This document shows positions 51,305 through 64,000 of a stretch of DNA of 64,000 nucleotides, in pieces. The position numbers and the translations under genes are program-made. The notes beneath the pieces were generated by a model. That model did no database searches. It saw nothing but the letters and a program-made list of their open reading frames with translations, and was not told the origin of the DNA. Origin of the DNA: Octopus bimaculoides (taxonomy: Eukaryota); contig NC_069002.1 of assembly GCF_001194135.2 (NCBI RefSeq), positions 34,390,860 through 34,454,859 on the forward strand. Reading direction: 5' to 3'. Within the stretch, counting starts at the first letter, position 1, and each line of letters begins with the position of its first letter.

Positions 51305-51340
<36 letters not shown>

Positions 51341-51345
51341 TACTA
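51040..51345. repeat. (TAC)n/(CAC)n trinucleotide array
   Basis: Seen directly; explains the poly-S/V/L/Y ORFs. Confidence 0.97.
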
Positions 51346-51600
51346 CCACTTCTTCCTCTTCTAATGATCATCTGGGTCTTCCGTTCTCTCTCCGTTTATT
51401 ATTATTATTAAAAAAATATCATTATCAATAGGTGTAGTATTACAATGCTTAAGGAACGACGTTATTTTAGGTATGTACATACATATCTATATATAGTATA
51501 TCCATATATATAAACAGACACACAAACGCGCATATATTTAAGCTTGTGTCTATCTATATAACCGCTTTAAACATATACATATATATACATACATACATAC

Positions 51601-51651
<51 letters not shown>

Positions 51652-51902
51652 GTGTGTGCGTATGTGTATATGTGTTTATTGCGCAAATAAGTAGGAGATA
51701 CATACAATAGACCTGCAATTTCCTTAAATTTCTTTCAGTATGCTGTAAATCAAAGATGGGGGAAGGAATTGTGATAGGAAACACTATTGAATAGAATAAT
51801 ACAACAGTAAATTTTGAAGACGAGAAAATAGTTTCGGAAAACTTGAACAAAGAGAATTATAATATAACGCACATATAACGCACATATAGATATGTTTATT
51901 AG

Positions 51903-51933
<31 letters not shown>

Positions 51934-51979
51934 TCTTGTGTGTGCGCAGAAGTGTGACTGTGCTTGTATGTACAAAAAT

Positions 51980-52020
<41 letters not shown>

Positions 52021-52087
52021 CTCATGTATACATACATATACATATATGCATACATATTTATATGCATACATACATACATATATACAT

Positions 52088-52124
<37 letters not shown>

Positions 52125-52234
52125 CATACACATGCATATATACATATATATATATATACATACACATGCATATATACATACATATATATATACATACACA
52201 TGCATATATACATATATATAAATATATATATAAA

Positions 52235-52277
<43 letters not shown>

Positions 52278-52545
52278 CAGAATTGCCTGCTGCTACAAAT
52301 AAAATAAAGACTCCTGAGTAAGTATACAAGAAATGATGTATGTATTAATACGTTAAAACTGAATATTTATGTTCCTGCTGCTTAATACTAATATCATCAA
52401 AGAGTAATACTTGCATTGAAACGCACACACACATACGCACGCATGTTTATATGAATGTGTATACAGAGAGATAGTTGCTGACATCTAATGGATATATATA
52501 TATATACAAATTTTCACATGCAATTATAAATATGTGGAGGTAGAC

Positions 52546-52584
<39 letters not shown>

Positions 52585-52594
52585 TATATATGTA

Positions 52595-52645
<51 letters not shown>

Positions 52646-53178
52646 NNNNNNNNNNNNNNNNNNNNNNNNNNNNNNNNNNNNNNNNNNNNNNNNNNNNNNN
52701 NNNNNNNNNNNNNNNNNNNNNNNNNNNNNNNNNNNNNNNNNNNNNNNNNNNNNNNNNNNNNNNNNNNNNNNNNNNNNNNNNNNNNNNNNNNNNNNNNNNN
52801 NNNNNNNNNNNNNNNNNNNNNNNNNNNNNNNNNNNNNNNNNNNNNNNNNNNNNNNNNNNNNNNNNNNNNNNNNNNNNNNNNNNNNNNNNNNNNNNNNNNN
52901 NNNNNNNNNNNNNNNNNNNNNNNNNNNNNNNNNNNNNNNNNNNNNNNNNNNNNNNNNNNNNNNNNNNNNNNNNNNNNNNNNNNNNNNNNNNNNNNNNNNN
53001 NNNNNNNNNNNNNNNNNNNNNNNNNNNNNNNNNNNNNNNNNNNNNNNNNNNNNNNNNNNNNNNNNNNNNNNNNNNNNNNNNNNNNNNNNNNNNNNNNNNN
53101 NNNNNNNNNNNNNNNNNNNNNNNNNNNNNNNNNNNNNNNNNNNNNNNNNNNNNNNNNNNNNNNNNNNNNNNNNNNNNN

Positions 53179-53222
<44 letters not shown>

Positions 53223-53237
53223 TATAAATTTATGTAC

Positions 53238-53275
<38 letters not shown>

Positions 53276-53387
53276 TTATCTAGCTTTGTTTCTATCTCTC
53301 TAACTATCTATGTATATGTCTCTCTCTCCCTCTATATCTGTCTACCTGTATGTGTGTTAGTCTCTTTATCTATCCTTATACATGTGT

Positions 53388-53419
<32 letters not shown>

Positions 53420-53779
53420 ACATGTCTATGTAAATACATATATATGTTCGTATCTGTTTATATATGTGTGTATTTATACATGCCTACTTGTATGTGTGTC
53501 TTTTTGTGCATGCCTGGGTATAAATAATTGATGCATCAATGGAAAGCGAAAAAAATATACCACAGACAAAAATTGTTTTTCTGGCAATAATAAAAAAGTG
53601 AAAATAAATACCAATGCAGATATGAGAAAAAAAAATGAAGCAGAAATAAATAAATTTCATATAAAACTTTTCATGAACTTCTACTTTGCTGTAACTTTCC
53701 CCTTTTTTCTCCTCGATATTTTTTTTTTCTCATTTCAATTACATTAAAAGAAAATGATATATTAATATATTGCTGGTCA

Positions 53780-54150
53780 GATTTATAATCATCATCTTCA
53801 TTGACATCACAAACATGATCCTTAGAATCGTCTAAACAATTATCATGTTCCTCACGACATCTATACTATCAACACGACACCACCTCCACGCCAGTTTCAC
53901 CGACGTCAGTATTATCATCATGGACGTCGTCGTAATCATTGTCTTCGCAGACATCGTTGCCGTTGTTGTCTTCATTATCCTCTTTATGATGAGTGTCCTT
54001 AAAATCTGTGCCTCTATCAGCATCATCCTCAGTGATATTGTTATCAGCATCAACACCAGCATCATTTTTATTTGTTATCGTAATCAAAAATATCACCATC
54101 ATCAGCTTCTTTTTCATTATCGTCATCAATGCTATCATCAACATCATCAC
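53780..54150. repeat. Degenerate (CAT)n repeat
   Basis: Seen directly. Confidence 0.9.
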
Positions 54151-55480
54151 CTGCACACAGTGGTAGAAGAACCAGTCAAAAGCCCCTGAGGGTGGTGTGA
54201 TTCCGCTTGAAGAAGGAACTGTTAGCGATGGAAAAAGGTTTGCATTTCATAGACCAGTGTGGCCTCTCTGACATGTAACACTTTTGATGTTTTTAATTGA
54301 TGTTAATCTCAAACTTTCTCCGGCTTCTGCTGACTTTCGATATCCACACTAGAAAATTTGAGGAAGCCTAAATCTGCATGTACACCAGGCAGTGGCTTCG
54401 TGTCCCACTGGCCCTTGCTAAAGTTGCGCCCAACGGTCGCCTGGTCAAACTAAAGCTAGCTCTCAAGTCCATCATTAAAGAATACAAAGTGTAAAATTCA
54501 AGGCTCTTAATCATTCCTGAAGAGACGAAAGAGAAAGATGGGAGTTCGATCTCGCCCAAGCTTAGAATGCAGCAAAGAAAAGCCTTACGGTCAGAGAAAT
54601 AATGGGACACACACATTAGCCATAACAAAAATGAAATAATGGTCAGAAGCCATGGAAAACATGAGGAGAGAGCTAACTCTTCAGGAGATTTAAAATGAAG
54701 AGGCTGTCATGTTTATCCGTAAGGCCGTAGAGAAGAGCCAACAGTGCCAGTAGACGACGTGGGTAGGTGCATGGCAGAAGTATCTCGGATGGAGTGATTT
54801 GTAGATTATGCCATCTCTTAAAATAAATTTCATCCTCAGATTTCTGTATGACCTCCTGCAATCGAATACGAATCAATGAAGTGGGGCAAATCAGATACTC
54901 CTGACTGCTCAGTCTACAGGAGGTCAAAGACAATGAAACACGTTCTGAGCTGCAGCAGAATAACATTATGCCAAGGAAGATACACGTGTAGGCACAATCA
55001 AGTTCCCATAGCAATTGTAGAAGTGATAAGGTCGGCAAGATTCAAATCAGACCCTCCAACACAATACGAGGCAGCAAATCATGGCCGGAATGACTATGGT
55101 ATACGGGGAATGAGAATGGACTTCTTGTGGGTGATGTGGATAAGTGGAAGTACTCAGCAGACCTCCCAGTTTCAACAAAACAACCAAAGAGCATCAGAAC
55201 GTGTAGACTGAGGGCGGGTATAATGCACTCCATTCCAGTTCATCAAAGCGATTGATTTTGATTGAAATCACCATGCCGTTTACAAGTAGAATAGAGAAAG
55301 CATACATTTTATAGACCCCACAATTCGCCATTCCAGCCAACAGCCTTAAGGGAGCAAACGTTCGGGTCAAGAATTTTTCCATAGAAGTTGAAGATAAGGG
55401 TTTTTATGGGAAAATCTACTTAGACACTGGTCCATGGATCAAACGAAAACCCAATCGGGGGCTTAGCAATTGGATTGCCG
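54150..55480 (+). mobile_element. 5'-truncated HERO/NeSL-like RLE non-LTR retrotransposon
   Basis: VEEPVKS, YTRQWLRVP..LKLALKSIIKEYK, W.DL.IMP.LKINFILR.LYDLL, KWGKSDTPDC...HVLSC...QGRYTCRHNQV (CCHC) and LILIEITMPF...IEV..KGF.GKS (RLE), with many stops. Confidence 0.85.
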
Positions 55481-55500
55481 TCAGGGACTCCAGCTACACT

Positions 55501-55640
55501 ATTCTACTTGTAAACGGCATGGTGATTTCAATGAAAATCAATTGCATTGATGAACTGGAATGGAATACGATATCCACCCTCATTCTACACCTCCTGATGC
55601 TTTTTGTTTCTTTTGTTGAACCCTGGAGGTCTGCTGAGTA
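55501..55640 (-). mobile_element. Inverted second copy of the LINE RLE segment
   Basis: Reverse complement aligns to 55151-55293; encodes YSADLQGSTKETKSIRRCRMRVDIVFHSSSSMQLIFIEITMPFTSRI. Confidence 0.9.
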
Positions 55641-55689
55641 TGATGATGAGGGTGAGTTATTTTGAGATTTGAAGGAAATATAAAATAGT

Positions 55690-55991
55690 GGCACTTTGGG
55701 AAGGTTTCTTCTACTATAGCCTCTGACCAAAACCTTATGAGTGGAATTGGTAGATGGAAACTGAAAGAAGCCCAACTTATATATATATATATGTATGTAT
55801 GTATGTATGTATGCATTTGTGTGTTTGTATCTATCGCTTAACAGCTGATGTTTGTGTCGTTAGTGGTTCGGCAAAAGAGACCGATACAATAAGTATTACA
55901 GTTACAAACAATAAGTCCTGGGGTACAATGTTTGACTAATTCAACTTAAGGTTGTGCTTAGCATGGCCGTAGACAAATGACTGAAACAAGT
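55690..55991 (+). mobile_element. SINE family C, 5'-truncated
   Basis: CTTCTACTATAGCCTC...GGAAACTGAAAGAAGCCC-(TA/TATG)n-...CGGCAAAAGAGACCGAT...ATGACTGAAACAAGT. Confidence 0.9.
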
Positions 55992-56234
55992 GTATGATGT
56001 ACAAACACAGCAAATATATATGGAAGTAGAGAAAGGAATCAAATACACGGGTAAGAAAAACCTCTTCAGTTATATTTGAAGCAACTCCGTAAACACATAT
56101 TTTATGTAAAGTAAGTTACTGTACCACCCGTATTACGTAAGAATTATCGAAAATACTGTCGCAAGGATTATTTCCAAATACGCTGGGACTGATATGTTTT
56201 ATTTGTTCTGTATATCTATATATACGTGCACTTA

Positions 56235-56370
56235 GTGACCCTGCTGTAAGAAAATAATTTTCTCTCCACATGGTTCTGGGATCCCACTTCATGGCACCTT
56301 TGAAACTCGTGCTGATCAAAGCATTTCAGTTCATTTGGAAGACAGAGAAAGAGAAAAGCCCATCGTATCC
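56235..56370 (+). mobile_element. SINE family C, diverged 5' part
   Basis: CCACATGGTTCTGGG...ATGGCACC...AAAAGCCCATCGTAT. Confidence 0.6.
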
Positions 56371-56716
56371 CTCTCTCTCTCTCTCTTTGTTTCTTTATAT
56401 GTGTGTGTGTGTGTGTTTTTGCATGGTTGTTTATTGACTGAAATAAATACAAGATAAAAAGTATGTATCTACCTATATATATATATATATATATATGTNN
56501 NNNNNNNNNNNNNNNNNNNNNNNNNNNNNNNNNNNNNNNNNNNNNNNNNNNNNNNNNNNNNNNNNNNNNNNNNNNNNNNNNNNNNNNNNNNNNNNNNNNN
56601 NNNNNNNNNNNNNNNNNNNNNNNNNNNNNNNNNNNNNNNNNNNNNNNNNNNNNNNNNNNNNNNNNNNNNNNNNNNNNNNNNNNNNNNNNNNNNNNNCTTA
56701 AGTGGCAATATACTAC

Positions 56717-56752
<36 letters not shown>

Positions 56753-57520
56753 AGCGCGTGTGTGTATATATATATGTCTGTGTGTATGAGCATGTGTTTG
56801 TGTGCGTGCGTGCGTGCATGTGTGTCTTTTTGTGTTTGTGTCTGCATTTATGGAGTCACAGCTATCAAATTATCCATCCGCTACAGTTGTTTCGGTGCTT
56901 CAACAATATATAGGTAATAAATCATGAAACAAATAAGAATATATAATTATCAAATATTGTTACGAAACATTGAATGTACATTTGATTATATAAAGAGAAA
57001 CTATGTCCATTTTATCGAGATCAGGTACTTACAATAATAAGCATGACTTTTTTTTTTGTCAGTACGACAACAGGTTTATAAATGGGCTGATTGACAAAGA
57101 AATTAAGCGAGTGAGGAGGAATAATGTATATATATATATCATAGCGACGTGATGGGCAAGGAGGATGATCATAATTTAACGATTCACAATATGTAAATGG
57201 CAGGTTAGACTAAGTGTTTAGTTGTATATAAATTTTATCTATCCTCGTATAATGATAAGTATTGTTGGAAAACATGAAATCTATAGAGAAATCAATTTAG
57301 CTATGGAGAATTTGATAAAATAACTTCTGGAATAATAGCAATTGCATGTAAATATTTCAGTAACAACGTAATTTACAAACACTCGAAGCAAAATGAAAGG
57401 CTGGAAAGGAAACAATGAAACACCGCAATGTACTTAGTTACTGGTCATACACTACTACAAGCTTTAGCATATGTTCTCCTAAATAACGTATTTACGTTCT
57501 ACTTGCATATACGCATTTAT

Positions 57521-57627
<107 letters not shown>

Positions 57628-57743
57628 NNNNNNNNNNTGTGTGTATGTGTGTATGTATGTGTGTATGTATGTGTGTATGTATGTGTGTATGTGTGTATAG
57701 CTAGATAGATAAATAGACAGATTGATAGGTAGATACATAGATG

Positions 57744-57784
<41 letters not shown>

Positions 57785-58055
57785 ATACATACATACATAA
57801 TAAAATACACATGTTCCAGTTATGAGCATTCACTCAAGCAAAATTTTTACAAATTTTCTCTTCTTTTCACTAAACTACTATAAAAGAAAAATATATTGTT
57901 ATATATTATAGCTAGACGAAGGAAATATGTTCATATGTGTAAATATATTAACTGGTTTCAGAATAATATTCTACACATTAAGTTGATGTTTGCGGTGGGG
58001 ATGAATTTCTGTTTCTTTGCTATGAAAAGAATTCACTGAAATAAATTAAGATTAT

Positions 58056-58086
<31 letters not shown>

Positions 58087-58485
58087 GTGTGTGTGTGTAT
58101 ATACTTCCTATGCTATTTAAATGCAAACGCACCTAATTAAATGACTATAACCTGATACTGAGTACATAAGTTACATCCGTTTTGCTTTTACAGTTTTCAT
58201 CTTTACACTTTCTATCAGTTAGTACAAAGACGAAAAGCTATGCTGGCGTTTTATAACGTTCGGGCAAAAGTTCTAACATACCTGCATTAGCTTATATTTA
58301 AAATGGTGCACTTAAATTTAGTTAAGATTCAGGTCTTAACGTTTACATAAAATGATCTTATAACGACTACGTCCAAGCTGTACCGTTATATCTGATGCTA
58401 CTATAAGTTTATGGAACAATCTGAGGTATCAGATTTATGCGGATTGTATGCCCTGTCGCATTTGAAATGATATGCAGTCATGAAT

Positions 58486-58698
58486 GGTGGTGAGCAGACA
58501 GATATGTTAACACGCCGGGCAAAATCCTTAGCGCCATTTCATCCGTCTTCACATTTTGACTTCAATTAACGGCGAGCTCGATTTCGCTTTTAATTATTTC
58601 GGTCGATGTAATAAGTACCATTTAAGTACTGGAGTCGATGTAATGGACTCACTTCTTCTGGAAAAATTGCTGGCCTCGCACTAAAGTCGGAAATCATT
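58486..58698 (+). mobile_element. SINE family B, diverged
   Basis: GTTAACACGCCGGGCAAAAT..TTAGCG head, AAGTACCA core, AATTGCTGGCCT tail. Confidence 0.8.
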
Positions 58699-59748
58699 TT
58701 ATATACAATGAATATAATTTAAAACATTGATTAACCTTTACATCAAAGCATGTGAATATTTTTAAGCTGATCTTTTTGTACCTTAGTCCATATGATCTTG
58801 GAATGCGAAAATGTTTCCTAGTCAGACTAGGAAATGTAGGTAGACGAGAAAAATGTAGGGCATATTATTATTATTATCGTGAAGATGATACTGTTGATGT
58901 AATACAAAGTAAAAAATATTTATGTAACAGAATTGGTAATGGTTTCTTCCCTTGTATTCGCTATCCTTTCCTATAAATGGTTGACATTCTTGATAAAAGT
59001 TTGGTACTTCTGTACACTCATAAGCACACACACAGACACACACACACACACACACCCACATATACATATACAAACACGTATGTACTAAAGGTTATACACA
59101 AGTATTATGACACCGAGAAGAGAAATGAAGACAAATATTTAAGCAAGTCAATAATAATAATAATAATAATAATAGAAAGAAAAAATGGAAAATGGAATAT
59201 TAATAATAAAAAAATAGGAAGGAAACGAAGTAGAAGAACTGCTATTACAAAAGCAACAAAAGAAAAACAAGAACAGGAGGAAATATAATAATGAAACGAT
59301 TAATGTAAAAAAATCCTCTGTGAGTGGGAAGTAAGGTCATTTTATAAATAGGAAACCTTATCAAATAAATACTTACAATAGAATAGATATATATAAATAA
59401 ATGAAGTATAGTCTACTCAATCAAATATGATTTGAATGGAAAGTATTGTGTTTAAGACTTCTTGAAGTGTATATCATGAATTGTTGATGATTTTTACAGG
59501 CTGAAAATACCAATAATCTAGACAATCAGTAATGCCATACACCGATTGTTTAAAATATACAGACGTGTGAGACTAAATTAGATATGAGGGTTATACATAT
59601 TGGCCTCGTATTCACCTCTTGAAATTAACTTATTGAAAGGTTTCCGTCCGAGGAATGGGAAATATATTTTTTAAACTACTTTTTTACTTGATGTTTGAGA
59701 AGCTCGATTGATAGCCTACGCTCTTCAACAGAAAGGAATAAGAGAATG

Positions 59749-59810
<62 letters not shown>

Positions 59811-60579
59811 CTTATATTGTTTAGGCCCNNNNNNNNNNNNNNNNNNNNNNNNNNNNNNNNNNNNNNNNNNNNNNNNNNNNNNNNNNNNNNNNNNNNNNNN
59901 NNNNNNNNNNNNNNNNNNNNNNNNNNNNNNNNNNNNNNNNNNNNNNNNNNNNNNNNNNNNNNNNNNNNNNNNNNNNNNNNNNNNNNNNNNNNNNNNNNNN
60001 NNNNNNNNNNNNNNNNNNNNNNNNNNNNNNNNNNNNNNNNNNNNNNNNNNNNNNNNNNNNNNNNNNNNNNNNNNNNNNNNNNNNNNNNNNNNNNNNNNNN
60101 NNNNNNNNNNNNNNNNNNNNNNNNNNNNNNNNNNNNNNNNNNNNNNNNNNNNNNNNNNNNNNNNNNNNNNNNNNNNNNNNNNNNNNNNNNNNNNNNNNNN
60201 NNNNNNNNNNNNNNNNNNNNNNNNNNNNNNNNNNNNNNNNNNNNNNNNNNNNNNNNNNNNNNNNNNNNNNNNNNNNNNNNNNNNNNNNNNNNNNNNNNNN
60301 NNNNNNNNNNNNNNNNNNNNNNNNNNNNNNNNNNNNNNNNNNNNNNNNNNNNNNNNNNNNNNNNNNNNNNNNNNNNNNNNNNNNNNNNNNNNNNNNNATA
60401 TATACCTCCGCTCACCCCTCAAAGAAACTTGCACATATTTGTTTATTATAACTGCAAAATCTTCAAAAAGCAGGTACTTAAAACTTTGAAGATATTGCAG
60501 CTTAAATAAAAACCATTTTATTTACCGTAGACATAGGTGCGCTATTTTTACACCCTGTACTCTTTTTCAAGTGCTTGCT

Positions 60580-60619
<40 letters not shown>

Positions 60620-60859
60620 CTTATATTGTTTAGGCCCTTGCAATCTGCTATGTTTAAATGCAGAACCTCGTATTTTAGCAATACTGTGACTAAATTGCAT
60701 CCGGCGATCGATGTATTCTCACCGTTCGTGTAATTTCTAAAAGCCTGATGGTTAATATTAATAGCAAAATGTTTAACTTCCCTTCTTCCAACAAGTAGTG
60801 TCTTCCAAGATAAATTAATATATAATCCCCTCTAATATCAATCAAAATAATAATAACCG

Positions 60860-61299
60860 ATCAAGTGGCATGAAATATAAAGTAGCAGATAAACTCTTCA
60901 GTGAATCTAAAAGGAGTGATGTTTCATCAGGACAATGCGCGACCCAACACTGCAAAGGTCACATCGCATAAGATAGAAGAGCTTGTTTGAAAAAAAAAAA
61001 AATCCTCATCCACCCTATTCTCCCGAGCTTTCTCCTTCGGACCACCATTTGTTTAGTAGTTTACAGAATCATTAGGGGAACATAAATTTCGCAAGCCAGG
61101 AGGAGGTCGAAACTGACATTTTAGAGTTCATCGCTTTGGAACCAAAAGAGTTTTATATTGATGAGATTAAAAGCTTGTAAATAGATGGAAGGAAGTCATA
61201 GGCAGAGTACATTGATGATTAAATTTCAATTAACTATAACATTTGATCACTTGTTTTCTTCGTTCAAAATTCAGACAGAACTTATGGGATGACCTGATA
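60860..61299 (+). mobile_element. Mariner 3' remnant with TIR
   Basis: KGVMFHQDNARPNTAKVT...PHPPYSPELSPSDHHLFSSLQN; ends GAACTTATGGGATGACCTGATA. Confidence 0.92.
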
Positions 61300-61404
61300 G
61301 ATGCACTGGAATGACTCAAAAATTAGCACAACTAGGATTCTTAACAAGGCAGGCGTGTATGTGTGAGAGAATAAATGCAGTTTCTACATGATCAAGTTGG
61401 TTGG

Positions 61405-61452
<48 letters not shown>

Positions 61453-61974
61453 GCAACCACTATACCAGAATCCTCCTGCATCTAAGTGTGATCGAACAAT
61501 ATGGAGCGGCATATAAGCTGTATAATCTGAAACCTATATAATTGGATGCAGCTCTACAAAATACATAACGAAAAGTATGAAAAACAATGCAGGAAAAATA
61601 TCAAAAAGCAGATAATGTGGAAATGATAAGATTATTACATTTATGATAAATATTGTTGTAATTTAAAGTAAGTTTATTGTGTAAATAGGAAATCATAAAT
61701 AAACAATCACACTAGTCGGGAAACAGAAAAAAATAGCAAACAACACTAGACTAATCAATCAATTATAACTAGCATGAAAACGATACTGTCATCGAAGACT
61801 TATCGAAATATACATCATGAATTTTAGATGACGCCAATAAGTAAAATAACAGACAGTGGAAGCATACAGCAAATGTATATGATAAATCATCGTATAAGAC
61901 TAAAGACAGACACTATATATATTTGGTTGTTAGTTATCGCACTAGAAAGTTAGATCTTAAAAACTATGATTTCC

Positions 61975-62006
<32 letters not shown>

Positions 62007-62104
62007 GTTTGTGTGTGTGTGTGCGCGCGCGTAAACCACGTGAATATATTAGATTATGAGTGTGTATATAAATGTATATATATGTATACATTTATTTCTA
62101 CATG

Positions 62105-62150
<46 letters not shown>

Positions 62151-62404
62151 TCCCACACGTACAAAAGTCCACCGACAGTACATCACAATTCTATAAATAC
62201 TTAATAATTCAAATTTATATATTCATTTGAAAAAACGGTGTCGCTCAAGGAAGACTTCAGTTTGCACAATTCTCATGATGTTTCATATTTCGATGTTTTT
62301 ATTAAATTCATTCATTTCTTAAATATAAATAATTAATTGAGAATTAAATGGTTTTAATCTACTCTCAGGGGACTTTTGTCTAAGCCTCTCTCTATAAATA
62401 TAAA

Positions 62405-63285
62405 TATTAGACTGAGTAAAAAGTAAGCAACATTTTGAAATATGAAATTCATCACTATATATTTGAACAATGAGAAAATTTTATTCATCAAAGTACCATT
62501 ACAAACAACGCATTTTTCCAACGAGCTACATGTCGTTTATTCTGGTAACATACAAGCCTGGAGTTCAAGAGCTGATGAACTATTTGAACGCACTTTCAGC
62601 ATCGGTTTGGTTTTTGAACTCCTTTTCTCACAAGCTGGGTGGGGAAGAAATTCGTAGCCAAGTTCCCTGAACGTCTGGAGTGTCATTAGTGAACCGTGAG
62701 GTCCAGCATTGTCATGAAGAATGATTTGCCCTTTTCTATCTGGGACGGAGTAATAGTAAATGAATACTAGAGTACACTACCAAACAATCATCCTAACATT
62801 ATTTTGGGTTTATCGAAGGTTTTCGGTATTTCACTTTGGTCTTACCACTGCGAAAAACGCTTTTGTTATTGTACAGAATCCACGTTTCATTGCAAGTTAC
62901 AGTACGGTCGGAAAATGGATCGGTCTGGTTACGGGGAAGAAGCGACGAGCAAATTTCATATCTGCGCATTCTCTGATTTTCATTCAAATCTTGTGGTATC
63001 CATTTGTCGAGCTTTTTTTGATTTTCCTTATCGCATGCAAATGGTTGCAGGTAGTTTTCTGGCTAGCATGAATTTCTTTTGCCAGTTCTCGAGTGGTGTT
63101 ATGTAAATATTTCTCAATGAAGGTCTCTTACTGTAAATTATTTTCGAACTGACCATTCACTGGTAATTTCCTCACCAAAAGGTCCGTTGGTGTCTCGAGC
63201 AGTTTCAGCTCCTTTGCGTCCGTTTTGGAAGTTGAATAGCAAAAACAAATTGCCCGAATATCTCGCTTCGACAGTTCCATTTCAG
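62405..63285 (-). mobile_element. Nearly full-length mariner (cecropia/Hsmar1-like) transposase pseudogene with internal deletions
   Basis: ATG at 63280 (MELSKRDIRA), KKLDKWIPQDLNENQRMRRYEICSSL...VTCNETWILYNN, ILHDNAGPH, LGYEFLPHP; 3' TIR TATTAGACTGAGTAAAAAGTAAGC at 62405. The 5' TIR is lost at a SINE C fragment and gap. Confidence 0.93.
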
Positions 63286-63393
63286 ATTATTGTAACAGTG
63301 AAAAAATGTCAATGGGGGGGGGACAAACACAGACACGCAAACATCTCTCTCTCTCTCTCTCTCTCTNNNNNNNNNNNNNNNNNNNNNNNNNNN

Positions 63394-63450
<57 letters not shown>

Positions 63451-63469
63451 TATGTTCATAAATATATAT

Positions 63470-63845
63470 GCACACATATATGTACATATATATACACATA
63501 TATATACACACATATATGTACATAAATATATACATATATATACACACATATATGTACATAAATATATACATATATATACACACATATATGTACATAAATA
63601 TATACATATATATACACACATATATGTACATAAATATATACATATATATACACANNNNNNNNNNNNNNNNNNNNNNNNNNNNNNNNNNNNNNNCATATAT
63701 ATGCACATAAATATATACATATATATGCACATAAATATATACATATATATGCACATAAATATATACATATATATGCACATAAATATATACATATATATGC
63801 ACATAAATATATACATATATATGCACATAAATATATACATTTATA
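63470..63845. repeat. Microsatellite-derived minisatellites: 36-bp period before the gap, 24-bp period (CATATATATGCACATAAATATATA) after it
   Basis: Periods are visible directly and as 12-aa and 8-aa repeats in the ORF track. Confidence 0.9.
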
Positions 63846-64000
63846 CACATATATACAAATATATAGATGTAAACAGTTTGAAGTTAGATTCGTCCTATAA
63901 TTCGGAGGTTTCAAAAGAAATTTTTTATATTGATTCTTCATATGTTGCTGGTAGCTTAGTGGCGTAAAATTGCGAATATGTAAATGATACTTGTATAGGA

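Noticed and set aside
59775-60637. Identical (TA)n-ATTTCTTATATTGTTTAGGCCC on both sides of the large N gap
   Set aside because: Most likely a scaffolding overlap artefact; long reads would be needed to call it a real duplication.

Overview
AT-rich eukaryotic (animal) genomic DNA from a gapped scaffold. It carries dense (TA)n/(CA)n/(GA)n/(ATC)n microsatellites and many N gaps. The repeat families look like those of a coleoid cephalopod, probably Octopus (inference from recalled repeat families, not a search). There is no CRISPR array, rRNA or intact tRNA gene, and nearly all listed ORFs are microsatellite or transposon artefacts. The window is mostly intronic/intergenic. It contains five tRNA-headed SINE families (labelled A-E here), five mariner remnants, a pogo remnant, R4/Dong-like and HERO-like RLE LINE remnants, a Penelope-like remnant, a Helentron-type HINE and a long-TIR MITE. 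Two credible coding exons lie on the minus strand (14991-14922 and 571-385) and may belong to one unidentified gene. The most interesting signal is SINE family D. It joins a Pol III/tRNA-like head to a tail whose three-copy consensus is a complete minimal type I hammerhead ribozyme of the Penelope type, and both loci show inverted 5' fold-back structures. This suggests a ribozyme-carrying SINE mobilised by Penelope-like elements. All protein-family calls are by-eye motif recognition and need database confirmation.
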